NCBI GenBank assembly: GCA_964016885.1
Contig: OZ024742.1
Coordinates: 194,060,001 to 194,124,000, forward strand
Reading direction: 5' to 3'
DNA: 64,000 bases
DNA from: Eledone cirrhosa
Taxonomy: Eukaryota
The notes under the pieces: model-generated
Told to the model about the DNA's origin: nothing
Database searches by the model: none
Seen by the model: the letters and a program-made list of their open reading frames with translations, nothing else
Translations under genes and position numbers: made by a program
Part shown: positions 14,101 to 29,635 of the stretch, in pieces
Layout: the number at the start of each line of letters is the position of its first letter
How positions within the stretch are numbered: position 1 is the stretch's first letter

Positions 14101-14900
14101 GTAGTTCACGCCGTATAAAGTTATTGTATGTATTAAGGCTCATGGTGTATACGTTTGATGTTTTGTCCGCTTTTACTATAATACCGTTGGTGTTGCGTAG
14201 TTTCTTCAGTAGTGCATTGATGTCGTTTTGCAGTTTGTTGTGATGTGTCCGTTTTTTTAATTTGGTTCCACTTATCATGTTCATGAGGTCGAGTTCGAAG
14301 GCATCGACCTGGGAGTTATTCGGTGGATTTTTGCAGGATTTAAATCTGTATTTTTCCCTAGTAAATTCCTCTGTGTTATTAGCGGGTCCATTATCCGAGT
14401 GATAGGCATTCCATTGGATTCGACGGATGAAGTCATTAGTAAGCTGTATCATGCCGAGTGTATAGTCCTTGTTTGTAGGTATAGATATGTTTTTTAAGGA
14501 CATACTTATGTGGTGCTTTTCCATGTTAGCGCCGTGCGTTATATTTATATGTATGTATGTGTGTGTGAGTGTTTGTATGTGTGTGTGTGTGTTTGTGTGT
14601 ATGGGTGTGTGTATGTGTGTGTGTGAGAGAGAGAGTATGTGTTGGTAAGTTACCGACACGTCACTATGCAGGGGAGAGCACTCAACAATGTGCGCAGGTA
14701 GGTCTGTTTACTCCGAAGTAATTTAGGTAAGTATACACATTCCCAAATAAACCCATATCTGTCTTTATACGTGCTGAAGTAGAGGCCAGGGTGAAGAGTC
14801 CGTGTCTTTATTGTGTATGCAGATGGAGAGTATTTCGTGAGTCTGCAAGTTGTGAATGTTAATTTTTCTTCGTGTTTAAATGTTTTGGGAATCGTCACAC
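11178..14900 (-). mobile_element. Decayed Naiad-type Penelope-like element (RT + GIY-YIG, HHR in 3' region)
   Basis: ORF pieces: SLKNISIP..FIRRIQWNA, VKADKTSNVY, LKDHKSNFETNPTIRLICPSKSDIGRISK, FDITMGS, IYRDD, SNHP, CNCHLPDKCPLQNRC, VY..YIGST; several frameshifts; 5' boundary approximate. Confidence 0.85.
11395..11505 (-). ncRNA. Hammerhead ribozyme downstream of the Naiad ORF
   Basis: Reverse strand: gtatt-CTGAGGA-tttgatcag...ctgatcaat-GAAA-CAATTG-TT-aatac. Confidence 0.85.
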
Positions 14901-15914
14901 AAAGTATATGTGTGCGTGCGCATGCGTGTATCAGTTTTTTTTTTCTGTGTGCGTTTACATGAGTATGTATGTTTGACTGTGTTTATGTGGTTATTAATGT
15001 GTTTCTGTGTGTGTGTAACCAAAAGGAGAAGAGAGATACATCCAATGACTGTATTTCGTAGTTTCAGTAGTTGAAGTTCAAAAATTAAGAAGAATGTCGC
15101 TATTTATATGGGTGGTCAGGCTTAATTCAGAACCTTATGTGCAGTGGCAACTTAATGTGCGAAACTGCTTTGGCGCAACGTGGCTGACTAGCTAATGATG
15201 CATTTGCCAGTACCTGATATTTTATTCTTATAAATCCACGCCAACACGCAGCTATTTTAATATATTGTATGGACTAACTTCAATCCACCCTCCTCTATTT
15301 CATTTTTCTTTCTGGCCCACTCTCAAGCCCCCTCTCCGACCCCCTCTTCTGTCGATTTATCTTCATCTTCGCTCACAACTTCTAGCCTATCTCTACTACG
15401 GCTACATCTTGTCATCAGACCATTGATTTGTCCTTTACGCCAGTAACACTTCTGGGCAACGGTCAACATTTCTTTCACACCGTATTTCATCCACAAAAGA
15501 CAATTTTCTCTACTTCTGGCGTCTTGTCTTGCAGAGGTACATGCACAATTTGTTGTCCATCCAATTCTAGTTGTAAATTATCAAGTATGTATTCATTTTG
15601 GTTGAACGACGCTAGTGCTCACTAGTGCTTTTTCCAGTATATTTTTGTTTTGCTGTTATCGTTTCTTATGCATCACACCAACCGAGCGGACTTCTTTCAG
15701 ATGAGGAAAATAGCCACACCACCTTAATACGTGAAGCTACACTGCGGTAAAGTGGCTGCCGAGCAAATGATGCATTCCTTTGCAAATATGTTACTGTGTG
15801 CATTTTCTATATACAGTTAGAATGTGTTTTGCTGTTATGAGTGCATATCTTATGAGATATTGGTGCTAAGTCGGGCCCCGAAGATAACGATAACACCCTG
15901 AGTTGATCGATTTC

Positions 15915-15974
15915 AGTTTAAGCAGTTTAAGCCAAGAATCGCTGCTTTCACCCTTAACGGGATATTCTGGAACT
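15915..15974 (-). ncRNA. Decayed hammerhead-like motif
   Basis: Reverse strand: agtt-c-CAGAATA-tccc gttaa gggt-GAAA-gcag..ctgc-TT-aaact; related fragment at ~45484-45524 keeps AAGA. Confidence 0.4.
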
Positions 15975-16070
15975 AAAAAAATCAATCTGTTCTGTTTTAA
16001 TTAAATAAATAAATATATATATATATGTATATATATATGTGTGAGTGTGTGGGGGGGGGGTGTATGTGTG

Positions 16071-16145
<75 letters not shown>

Positions 16146-17631
16146 GTGTGCGTGCGTGTGTGTGTATGTTTGTTTGTGTGTGTGTGTTAGATTTTCTTAT
16201 TTGAATAAGTACTTTTATGTACTCAGTTTTGCTAATCTATACGGTATACACATCGTAATGATGATAAAGGAAACAGTAGCTAATTAAAGGAAAACCAAGA
16301 AACTAACATTATTAAAACACAACGTACACAACGGTAGCATAAAGCAACCACGACGACCGAGCAATACAATGACTTGATTTCTAGACATAATAAACAGTAA
16401 AATGTCCAGATAGAAATTAACAGATTCATCACGTCCGTTTACAACAAAGACAGACATAAATATATAATTACATTAGGATTGTGACTCTTTCTGAATTGAA
16501 AGGAAATTCTTGATAAAATAAAAAAGACATCAGTAGAAACCAAAGACATAACAACAATGGTAGTTGTAGCGATCTGATAATGCAAGCTATACAGATACGT
16601 ATCCACTCCAATGAAAAATAAACAATCTGCTCAAGGTGTTATTATGCATAACACGAATTCATCATGTCAGTCATAAACTAACAGTAATAAATTACTAGTA
16701 AAATTGTAACGTTAAAATATTTATCAACAAAATCTGAGAATATAAGTCTGTAATTGAATGTGATTTGATATGGACCTCTGTCGGTTTCGGCGATGAGTGT
16801 TCCATATTTTCGATCAAGCCTGCTAATGAAATTAACTTTAAAATGACTCAGGATTCGGCTATCATATTTCACAATGATATAGTGCCACAATGGCACTATC
16901 TGTAACACATTTCAATTATGGATGCAATATATCCAATGTCCTGCTCTTCCGAACTGCGTCTGTCTATTCAATTTCAGTCGCATGGCATGGGTCAATGTTT
17001 GGCTATGGCAAATGAATGTTGCTTTATATACCATGTAGTTGGACTTAAACCCTGACCTAATTTTTGTAAATCAAACTCCCTAAGAATTCTGCCATGTTTC
17101 GTCCTGAAATGACATTTATACATTCACTTACAAAAATGAAAGTTATTACCGTCAGACATCAACTTTTATATCGGCCATACGCACTCAACAATCATCTGTT
17201 ATCACGCCATGCATGTGCAACAAACTTCAATTAACTACTAAAATTTCTAACTTTAAATGATAGAGTTTTGTGTCACAAATTTATGCTTCATATATATTTA
17301 ATCGAATATAAACGCGATCAAAAGGCTACTGTCGGTTTCGGCAATGTGTGTTCCAGTTGTTTGATCATTGAGACAGCCAATACGAAATTAACCTGTAGGT
17401 GGCTGAGGATTCCACAGACAAGTGTATCATTAAGATAATCCTCTGGAAGATTGCGCGCCATTGAATTACATGTACATTCGTCACATTCCAAACAGTTTAC
17501 ATTTGCCCAATTTCATTTATAAATGTTTTCAAATGTATCTATATAGCCTGGCTAAGTGACATGTTTGGCCGGTGTTATTTATGATCTCGATTTATATCTA
17601 GTGTGTGTTTATGTATATATCTATCTATCTC

Positions 17632-18165
<534 letters not shown>

Positions 18166-18464
18166 TTTTTATATATGTGTATATATATATATATATGTAT
18201 GTAGAAGTTCTATTTAAATTGTTGGGATACAACAAGCAAATATTTTTATAACTGATATAAAGCACTCAACAAATTATTGGAGTAAAAATACGATATATTA
18301 ACAAATGGAAACTATATTTATAAAACCATATTTATTTCTATACTAATGGAAACTAAATGGAAACTATATTTATAAAACCATATTTATTTCTATACTAATG
18401 CGACCATTATGGTCGCATTATTTAAGGGTATGTCAATATTTATTTATAAAACTGATCTATATTA

Positions 18465-18529
18465 TATTTTATCTGATGAAAGCACACCATAATTTAACTT
18501 GGTGTCCGTGAAATATGTATAATGAAATA
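18465..18529 (+). ncRNA. Hammerhead ribozyme (same family as 464-529), preceded by an inverted copy of its own 3' end
   Basis: tattttat-CTGATGA...GAAA-TATGTA-TA-atgaaata; ~18290-18400 is reverse-complementary to 18524-18573. Confidence 0.7.
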
Positions 18530-18573
18530 AATATGGTTTTATAAATATAGTTTCCATTTGTTAATATATCGTA

Positions 18574-18604
<31 letters not shown>

Positions 18605-18754
18605 GAGTAGCGTGTGTGTTTGTTTGTAAGCATGAGTGTTGCTGTGTGCGCGCGCATGTATGTGTGTGTGTGCGCGCGTATGTATGCGCGTGTGTGTATG
18701 TCGTACGTATAAGTGTCAATAAGTGAGTTTTTTTTGTTTTTTTTCTTGCACGGG

Positions 18755-19048
18755 GACATAGAAATAATCGGGCTGGATGCTCGATCGCGCAGTTAAACCA
18801 CTGGGAGTGAAGAACTCCTAGCCCTTGTCAGGGCATTCTTCTAGGAGAAGGCATCTCAGGAAACTGGGTTAACTCCGACATAAAACCTGCGTTTCAGTAG
18901 TAACCGATGATGTTGATCTTTTCTTCTTTTCGGGTTATAGCTACTGTCGCTCAGAGAGTGGGATTGGCTCAGTGCACAGTATTTCCTCACTTTAAAAATA
19001 TTTGTCACGCACAGGCATTGCAGGAGTGCATTAATAATCATTAACAGT

Positions 19049-19095
<47 letters not shown>

Positions 19096-22000
19096 GTTAC
19101 TATTATTATTACATTTTTTTTTTTTTTTTCCAATTCAATGATGTTCCAGAACAATATAAAAGAGATAATTGGCAATTTACGTTGTGGAACAAAAAAGATA
19201 ATTGGCAATAAGGGCAGGGGCCCCAGGTTGTCACATCATGGTCCCGCTCGTCATCGCGTCATTGTAATAGAGCCAAACAAGGCATTTAATCTAGGCTGCT
19301 GGAACGTACGGACGCTGCTTGACAGGGATTCCTTGGAGCGTCCTGAACGAAGGACCGCTCTTGTTGCAAAGGAGCTTCGACGTTACGATCTTGACATCGT
19401 GGCTTTATCTGAGACGAGGTTAGCTGGAGATGGTCATCTTACAGAATGTTGTGGAGAATATACATTCTTCTGGAAAGGAAGAGATGAAGGGATCAGAAGA
19501 GAGGGTGGGGTAGGATTTGCTGTTAAGACTGTTCTTGTGAATAAATTAGAATAATTCCCAGTAGGGATTAGTGAGCGTCTTATGTCCATGAGAATTCCGC
19601 TGGATAAAGGAAGATATGCGGCCCTGGTGAGTGTGTATGCTCCAACTATGAATTCTGTCGATGAAGAAAAAGTGTCCTTTTACCATGCCTTGAAAGGTGT
19701 TTTAAGAAATATCCCTCAGGCAGACAAAGTCATCGTGCTTCGTGACTTTAATGCTAGAGTGGGTAGGGATTTTAACACATGGAATGTTATCGGAAGGCAT
19801 GGGGTGGGAAAGTGTAACAACAATGGTATGCTCCTGCTGCAGATGTGTGAGGAGCTGGATCTGTCTGTTACCAACACCATGTTCCAACAAAAGAACAAAT
19901 TCAAGACCACATGGATGCATCCTGCATCTAAGGAATGGCATCTTTTGGACTACGTCCTAGTCAGGATGCGTGACAGACAAGATGTGCAGTGTGTTCGTGC
20001 TCTTCGTGGAGCTGAGTGCTGGACGGACCACCGCCTGGTACGCGCAAAAGTGAAACTAATCACTAACCGTAAAATCCGGGCTCCTGGTGTTGCCCTGCCC
20101 AAAAGAATGAATGCTGCTCGTCTTAAGGATAAAAATGTGAAGAGGACATTGGAAGAAGAGATGCAGGCTGCAGATCTTTGTGAGGATTGGCCGACCCTTA
20201 AAAATCGGTTCATGATGTAGGCTGGCGTGTTCTGGGACTGGTGCAGCGAAAACAACAGGACTGGTTTAATGAGAATGATGTACATTTAGAAGACTTGTTG
20301 GCTGATAAGAGGCGTGCTCTGTCACGCTACTTGACGGCAATACCACAGGAGGAGAATATGTTGCATGAGGAACTCAAGGATGTAAAATCACGTGTTAGGC
20401 GGAGTCTTTCTCAGATGAAGGATCAGTAGTGGAGTGAGAGGGCTGGTGAGATACAAACTGCGTCAGATTCCAATAACACAAAGCTGTTGTACAGTCTCTT
20501 GCGTGAGGTTTATGGAACGACTTCTCCTCTGGTGACACAGCTTCGCAGCAAAGATGGCAAAGAACTTTTTCGTGACTCACAAGGAATTCTACGAAGGTGG
20601 CGAGAGCACTTTGATGATCTGTCGTCAGTGAAGATTTCCTCAGTCTCATTCCAGAAAGTCCTGTGAAAGTAGCTCTCGCAGAACCTCCGAAGCTTGTGGA
20701 TGTTGCAGTGGCTATCACGAAGCTGAACAGTGGAAGGTCTCCAGGTATGGATGGCATACATGCTGAGCTCCTACAATGTGGTGGTGAGAGACTCCGGCAA
20801 CATCTTCACTCTTTGTTTGGCAGGATATGGGCTAATGAATCCGTACCTGAGGACTGGAGAGATGCAGTAATGGTGGTATTGTACAAGGGAAAGGGTAACA
20901 GGAATGATTGTGGGAACTACAGTGGTATATCATTGCTTTCTATCATAGGGAAAGTTTTATGTAGGGTACTTCTGGACTATCTGCTGACACACATTGCAGA
21001 TCGTGTTCTTCCTGAAAGTCAATCTGGTTTTTGTGCTGGACGCGGCACTACTGATATGATCTTCTCAGCTATACAGCTCCAGGAGAAGTGTATGGAACAA
21101 GGTTTGGATCTGTATCAGGTTTTTGTCGATCTGACAAAAGCTTTCGATACTGTTAACAGAGATGCATTATGGAAGTTTCTCCAGAAACTTGGTTGCCCTG
21201 ATAAGTTCCTTGTTTAGTTAGGTCTTTCCATGACGACATGAAGGCATGGGTTAATGTCTGAGGTAACATGTTGGAGCCTATCACAGTAAACAAATGGAGT
21301 TAAGCAGGGGGATATTCCAGCACCGACCCTGTTTGCCATATACTTTGCAATGGTTTTCTGTATTGCATTCAGGAAGTGCGAGTATGGTGTTTACATCCGA
21401 TATCGAACCTCACGCAGCATATTTAACATCAAGCGCTTTGCTGCAAAGACAAAAGTATTTACATCATGTATGCAGATGATTGCGATCTTGTAGCGCACAC
21501 AGAGAGTGATATGCAGCACATTTTGAATGCATTTTCTGACGCTTGCACTGCCCTAGTATTGACTGTCAGTCTCAAGAAAACCGTCGTCATGTACCAACCT
21601 TCCCCTGGTAAGCAGTACACTGAATCAAATATCTATGTGTATAGTAAACGACTTGGAGTGGTTGATCAGTTTCTCTACCTGGGGAGCACTGTCAATCGAT
21701 ACAGAAACCTTGACAGTGAAATCTCACTTAGGATTAGGAAAGCAAGTGATGCTTTCGGAAAGCTAGAAAGGCGACTCTGGGGTCGGCGAGACATATGCAG
21801 GAGGACAATGGTAAAGGTGTACAAGGCATGTGTGCTCTCTTGTCTTTTTTATGCCTGAGAGACCTGGGTCACATATCGACACCACCTTAAGCAATTGGAT
21901 CGTTTCCATCAGATGTGTCTCAGACGAATCCATGGCGTTCACTGGAGGGACCACATCAGTGATGTCGAGATTTTGGAAAGCTCTATGTGTGACAGTATAG

Positions 22001-22650
22001 AAGCTCTTGTGCTTAAGCAACGACTCCGTTGGGTGTATACCTTGCCAGGATGAAGGATTCTAGAATACCAAAACAACTCTTTTATGGAGAGTTGGTTAAA
22101 GGAAAACGACCGCCACATAAACCGAAAAAGAGGTATAAGGATTCCTTGAAGGCCTCTTTGAAAGACGCTAACATCTCTGCTGATACATGGGAAAATATTC
22201 CTGCTGATCGTAATAAATGGAGAAAGAGTGTATATGAGGGAAAAGTTGCCTTTGAGGCATCTCGAATCGCATACGAGAAAGTAAAGCGGGATGTGAGGAA
22301 GGGCATTGCTGTTACACTTCCAGACGGCGAGGGTCCTCCTATGGGCTGACATGCAGCGTCTGTGCGAGACTCTGCCTAAGCTAAGCTGGACTCGAAAGTC
22401 ATCTTCGCAGTCATAAAGTAAGACCATTGGTTGACTACCAGGCTGCTGTTGGAAATGCTACTCATCATGCTTGCCAAACATGTGGTAGAGAATGTAAATC
22501 AGCAGGAGGGCTCAAACGACATGCAAAAGTACATGAACTCCAACCACAGCCGACTATTCCCAGTGAATGTTTTGGTTGCCGATTCTGTGCAAGACACTTT
22601 AGAACATTGGCTGGTTTAAAATGCCACATTCGATCGCAGCGCTGTTAGTT
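18755..22650 (+). mobile_element. Near full-length RTE (BovB-like) LINE, inactivated: APE endonuclease, RT, C-terminal C2H2 zinc fingers
   Basis: WNVRTLLDR..ERRTALVAKEL..DIVALSETRL; SVYAPT; DFNARVG; HLLDYVLV; CWTDHRLV; SPGMDGIHAE; LPESQSGF; FVDLTKAFDTVNR; YADD; YLGS; RTE-type 5' UTR at 18755-18900; stops and frameshifts. Confidence 0.93.
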
Positions 22651-22783
22651 GGTATCGTGTGTGTGTGTGTGCGTGTATGTGTATATATATACACATACAC
22701 GCACACACACTATATATGTATATATATATTATTATTGTTGTTCTTGTCGTTACTATTATTGTTATTAATGTATATGTGTATGT

Positions 22784-22889
<106 letters not shown>

Positions 22890-22929
22890 TTTTTATTATT
22901 TTTTTTTTATTATTTTTTTTTTAATTTTT

Positions 22930-23021
<92 letters not shown>

Positions 23022-23065
23022 CGTAAAATAAGAAAATTATAAAAAATTAACTTACTAAAATTTTC

Positions 23066-23146
23066 ACTCCAACTAAGTAGTTTCTGCAATGGGATAAAGA
23101 CAGTTACGTAATAAACTGTCGAGAATTCATTGCGTCATCAGGGAGT
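23066..23146 (-). ncRNA. Hammerhead ribozyme
   Basis: Reverse strand: actcc-CTGATGA-cgcaatg...cattgca-GAAA-ctacttag-TT-ggagt. Confidence 0.8.
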
Positions 23147-23598
23147 CTATTCTCAGTTAAGTCTCCAGGCAATGCGCGGACTCTGGGGACTCATATAAAA
23201 ATAATAATAATTCGGTAAATGGAACAGCTAGCGGGGACTAGATTCCATGCACTGAAAATCTCGCTGTCACTGGTCAAATGGCGGATTCTAAAGAATCAAT
23301 CACGTGACACATAGGCTAGTCGGTAGGAGTGGGATGGTAAGATGACAGAAGCCTACTAACACACCAAAAAATTAGTAGTGGTTTTGGCAGGTTTGCTCGA
23401 CAAATAAGTAATTTGGAGATAAATATAGAGAATTTAGTATATCTACTAACATATGCGTACAGATGTACGCTAATGACAGCAAATACACAGGTTATGTCAT
23501 AGTACCTAGGTGGTATAATGCAGGAGGATGCAGAACAATAATATAAAAGACGTAAAATGAGAAAATTATAAAAAATTAACTTACTTACTAAAATGTTC

Positions 23599-23679
23599 AC
23601 TCCAACTAATTAGTTTCTGCAATGGGATAAAGACAGTTACGTAATAAACTGTCGAGAATTCATTGCGTCATCAGGGAGT
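23599..23679 (-). ncRNA. Hammerhead ribozyme, intact core, palindromic helix III
   Basis: Reverse strand: actcc-CTGATGA-cgcaatg...cattgca-GAAA-CTAATTAG-TT-ggagt. Confidence 0.88.
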
Positions 23680-23819
23680 CTATTCTAAGTCTATTTTACG
23701 TATTTTATATTATTGTTCTGCATCCTCCTGCATTGAACCACCTAGGTACTATGACATAACCTGTGTATTTGCTGGCATTAGCGTACATCTGTACGCATAT
23801 GTTAGTAGATATACTAAAT

Positions 23820-25221
<1,402 letters not shown>

Positions 25222-26047
25222 AGAGAGAATGAAAAAGAGAGTAATAAATCATATGAATACACAAGAAAAATCCCCCCCCCCCCACTGATAATGGATGGTT
25301 AATCCGAAATATTTGTGAATAATAAATTGTTAAGGTAACATCCAATCACTCATCGTTTCTTTTCTTTTGCTTTCTCTCTCATTTCCCCTCTGACCTTGGC
25401 AATGCAACCCACTTGCACCCCACTGATTTCTATACACACACACACACACGCACACTCACACACACACCTACATATATATGCATATACATATAGATGTATA
25501 TACAAAATATCTAAGTTAAATGTAAATATTTCACTAACGAATGGATTTAAGTCACAACATCCTACTGTTGTGAAATAACAAAGTAGCATTTTCCAAAGAA
25601 GTAAATATGTTGGACCTCCATCTATTCTAACGATGAGGGCTCTTCATCTTTTGATCAATGGAACACACTACTTATGGAATATATGTGCAAGTGGCTGAGC
25701 ATTTCACATACTAATCTACCCTTATTCTCAACGAGATTGAACATGACAGAGTGATAAGGATAGGCATTTTAATTACAGGCATTATTCATTTTTGCCATTC
25801 ACATGGCAAAAATGACATAAAATGTAAGTGACATAAAATGCATTATTTGATGACACAACGGCACAACCAGGTGCCTGGAATCGAACCCATGAGATTACGA
25901 TTGTCAGATGACCACTTTTACCATTAACCCTAGCGCGTACTAACACACACTCTGACTCTGTCGCTGAAATACGCTAGGTTTTTTTCTATTCATAACGAAG
26001 TCTTTTTTGTGTTCCTTCGTTTGTATAACACACACGCACAAAACACG

Positions 26048-26172
<125 letters not shown>

Positions 26173-26221
26173 GGTAAACTTTGATGTAATTCAATTATAT
26201 ATATGCATGCGTGTGTGTGTG

Positions 26222-26254
<33 letters not shown>

Positions 26255-26663
26255 GCGTGTCTGTGTGTGTGTGTATACATATATATGTATATATTTATAT
26301 GTGTGTCTGTGTATGTGTGTTTATGCATATTTAATATGTAATTATGTATGTGCATAATCAATCCATCCTTTTGATTGTGTAGTTACCAGACTACACCAGC
26401 TCACCTCACTCTCTCCGTTATCTACCAATGTTTTTTTGAAGTGGGGGGTTTCTATAAGCACGCCCTCCTCTACGTCATGTAGTTAGTAACATTCAGTCTA
26501 TTCGATCACTCATTCCACCGTTTCAACTTCTACCACCAACACCGATAATATCACCCCTCCCATGTACACATCGTTTCCACTTCACCTTCCTCTTTCGCTC
26601 TCTCTCTCTCCCTCTTTCCCTCTTTCTGTTTCATTTTAACTTTATTTTTGTCCTGCCGCTCTG

Positions 26664-26757
<94 letters not shown>

Positions 26758-26831
26758 TCTCTTTCTCTCACTCTCTCTCTCCCTCTCTCTCTCTCTCACT
26801 CTCTCTCTCTCTATCCCTCTCTCTCTCTCTC

Positions 26832-26870
<39 letters not shown>

Positions 26871-27120
26871 ATATATATGTATTTATAAATTCTTTTCTTC
26901 TTTTCTCTCCAACTCTTCCTGATTCTCTCTCGCCCTCTCCTTTTTAACTTTTCACCTATTATTTTTCTTCCATTCGTCCTTTATTATTTCCTCTTTTTAA
27001 CTTCCTCTCTTTCATACTTCCTCTGTACGTCTATATATATATATATACATATATATATACGTATATATATATATATATATAAATACATATATATATATAC
27101 ATATATATATGCATATATAC

Positions 27121-27240
<120 letters not shown>

Positions 27241-27290
27241 CATATATTTATATACATATATATATATATATATTTATATATTTATATATA

Positions 27291-27485
27291 TAACGAAGGA
27301 GGTGTTGTAAGGAACCAGATGGACCATAATACACCAGAGTGCTCCATACTTAGGGTAGTAGAGTGAGTAATAGGAAAAAGTTTAATCCCGACGGCAGAGC
27401 TCAAGCCGTTTCGACGGCTATTTCTGGACCAGAATTTCCGTCGAAACGGCTTGAGCTCTGCCGTCGGGGTTACACTTTTTCCTAT
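27291..27485 (-). mobile_element. ~200-bp fold-back element with 3' half HHR
   Basis: gtcGAAA-cggcttgagctctgccg-TC-gggg on both arms; in (TA)n. Confidence 0.75.
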
Positions 27486-27731
27486 ACATATATGTATATA
27501 TATGTGTATATATATATATATATATTTATATTTTTTTTAATATATGGAACTTGTTCCTTGTTTTTATTTCATTGTTTTTATTTATTTATTTATATTTATA
27601 TATATATATAATACAAATATATTTATATTCCGGCTCTGTTGAACTATTTTTCTTACTGGTAATATGGTGGTAATGAATTACTGACCTTTCCTGTTCATAA
27701 TTATATATAGTGTATACATAAGTGTAAATCA

Positions 27732-27774
<43 letters not shown>

Positions 27775-27927
27775 TCTTTATTTTACTTTTTCAATAGTTC
27801 ACACCTCCATTTCTTCTTTTTTTTTTGACTATTGTATTTGATATTTCCTCCTCTCAGTCATACTTCTCTCTCACATTTATAATGTCTGTCACTCTCACTC
27901 TCTCATACTTTCTTTCCCTTTCATTCT

Positions 27928-28000
<73 letters not shown>

Positions 28001-28031
28001 TCTCTATTATGTGGGTATGTATCTATCTATC

Positions 28032-28250
28032 AGCCTGTAGGTTAAGGAAAAAGAGGAAGAGAGGAAAGGGGTACAAACTTTTCGTACTCCTGGAGATGAG
28101 GGTTGCATATATGAAATGTCTCACCCTATTGGGGAAAATCGATTAACTTTTCAATTACATTTGTGATATTTTACACGTTTTTAATGTATGTAAACTTCCC
28201 CCTTTGTATTTGTCCCCTTCTTTTGTGCCCATGTGGCTAATAAAGAAACA
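28032..28250 (+). mobile_element. Tx1/L1-like 3' UTR-only copy in (TATC)n
   Basis: agcctgtagg..gaggaaagggg..ctcctggagatgagggttg..tgtggctaataaagaaaca matches 29414-29635. Confidence 0.7.
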
Positions 28251-28268
28251 TATCTATCTATCTATCTA

Positions 28269-28541
28269 AGCCTGTAGGTGGAAAAGAGGAAGGAACGAGG
28301 GAGCACCCCCTCTCTGTGCTCCTGAGGAAAAGGGTTGCACACTTTTTTCGGGGGTGTGTGCGACCCCCCAAGGCGCCTCCTCTCTATTGAGGATTTTGTT
28401 ATAAATTTTATTTTTTGTTATATCTTATTTTATTTTTATATTTTGTTATTGCCTCCTCCTTATTGAGGACGCCTTTTTGTGTAAACTCCCCCCTTTGTAC
28501 TTGTCCCACTTTTGATGCCCTAGTGGCAAATAAAAGAAACA
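28269..28541 (+). mobile_element. Second Tx1/L1-like 3' UTR-only copy in (TATC)n
   Basis: Same start agcctgtagg and same end aaagaaaca-tatct. Confidence 0.7.
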
Positions 28542-28675
28542 TATCTATCTATTATTCTATCTATCTCTCTATCTTTCTATCTATCTATCTATCTATCTAT
28601 CAATCTCTCTCCCTATTTATATGTCTATCTATCTGTCTATCTATCTAGCTCTTGATGAATCTCTCTATCTACCTT

Positions 28676-29635
28676 CCCACGACTCGTCTCGCTGACCGAG
28701 CTGCAGTCCTGGGTCAAGCAAAGACCGAGGAAAATGTGCCTGAGCACATCGAATGTGCTCAGGCGTGGAGACTCCACTTCGACATTCTATAGAGGGTTAG
28801 TCCGCAGCAAGTGCGACGACGCGCTCGGAGAATCTCTAGGCGTAGAGGAGGACGAACTGGCCAGTCTGTTCGGTAGGTCCTTCCGCCCGGGACCAATGGA
28901 CAACTTCCAAAAGACCGTGGCCTGGCAGTGCTACCGAGGAGCTCTACCAGTTCGAGACAAGCTCTACAGACACGGACGCCTGGGTAGGGACCCTTCGAAA
29001 AGGATCTGTCCGAGATGCGTGCGCGACGAGGAAACCGTCACGCACGCATTTGTACACTGCCCGGGCGTTACCGACCTGTAGGGCTATATAGAACGACTAT
29101 TGTCGCGGGTGGGACCAATCCGGTTGACCACCGAGTCAATTGTCTTGATCAAACCGCCACCCTCCTTCAAAAACGAGGGAGAGGCGGTTGTCCTATGTGT
29201 TACGGCTATGGTGAAAGAGTTATATGGTGGACGAGGTTAAAAGGGCTTAGGTCAGACACCTTTCTCTCCGGCGAGCAACTGATTCGTTTTTTCAAATATC
29301 ATTTTGGAAGAAGAATCAGGATGGAGAGAGAGATTCTGTACCCCAGCAAATTTTATGAAAAGTGGGTGAATGTGGCAAAGATGGCCCGAGTGGTTGGGCC
29401 TTCTCTCTATATAAGCCTGTAGGTTGAGGAAAAAGAGGAAGAGAGGAAGGGAGTACTCACTCTTGGTGCTCCTGGAGATGAGGGTTGTACATTTTTTCGG
29501 GGTGTGTACAACCCCTCTGTAACGCCTCCCCCCCTATTGGGGATTTCAATTGTTATTTGTTATTTTATTAATAGTTTTATTTTCATATACCTGTATGTAA
29601 ACTCCCCATGTGTGCCCTTGTGGCTAATACAGACA
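28676..29635 (+). mobile_element. 5'-truncated Tx1/L1-clade LINE (zf-RVT C-terminus + 3' UTR)
   Basis: AWQCYRGALPVRDKLYRHG..CPRC..DEETVTHAFVHCP, then VIWWTR..F.EKW. Confidence 0.8.

Larger units (their letters stand above)
23015..23822 (-). mobile_element. Tandem 533-bp HHR-bearing repeat with terminal inversion (retrozyme-like)
   Basis: Two HHR copies exactly 533 bp apart; inverted segment ~23690-23822; flanked by (TA)n and (TC)n(TA)n. Confidence 0.75.

Noticed and set aside
15405-15422. Minus-strand CTGATGA
   Set aside because: No downstream GAAA or helices
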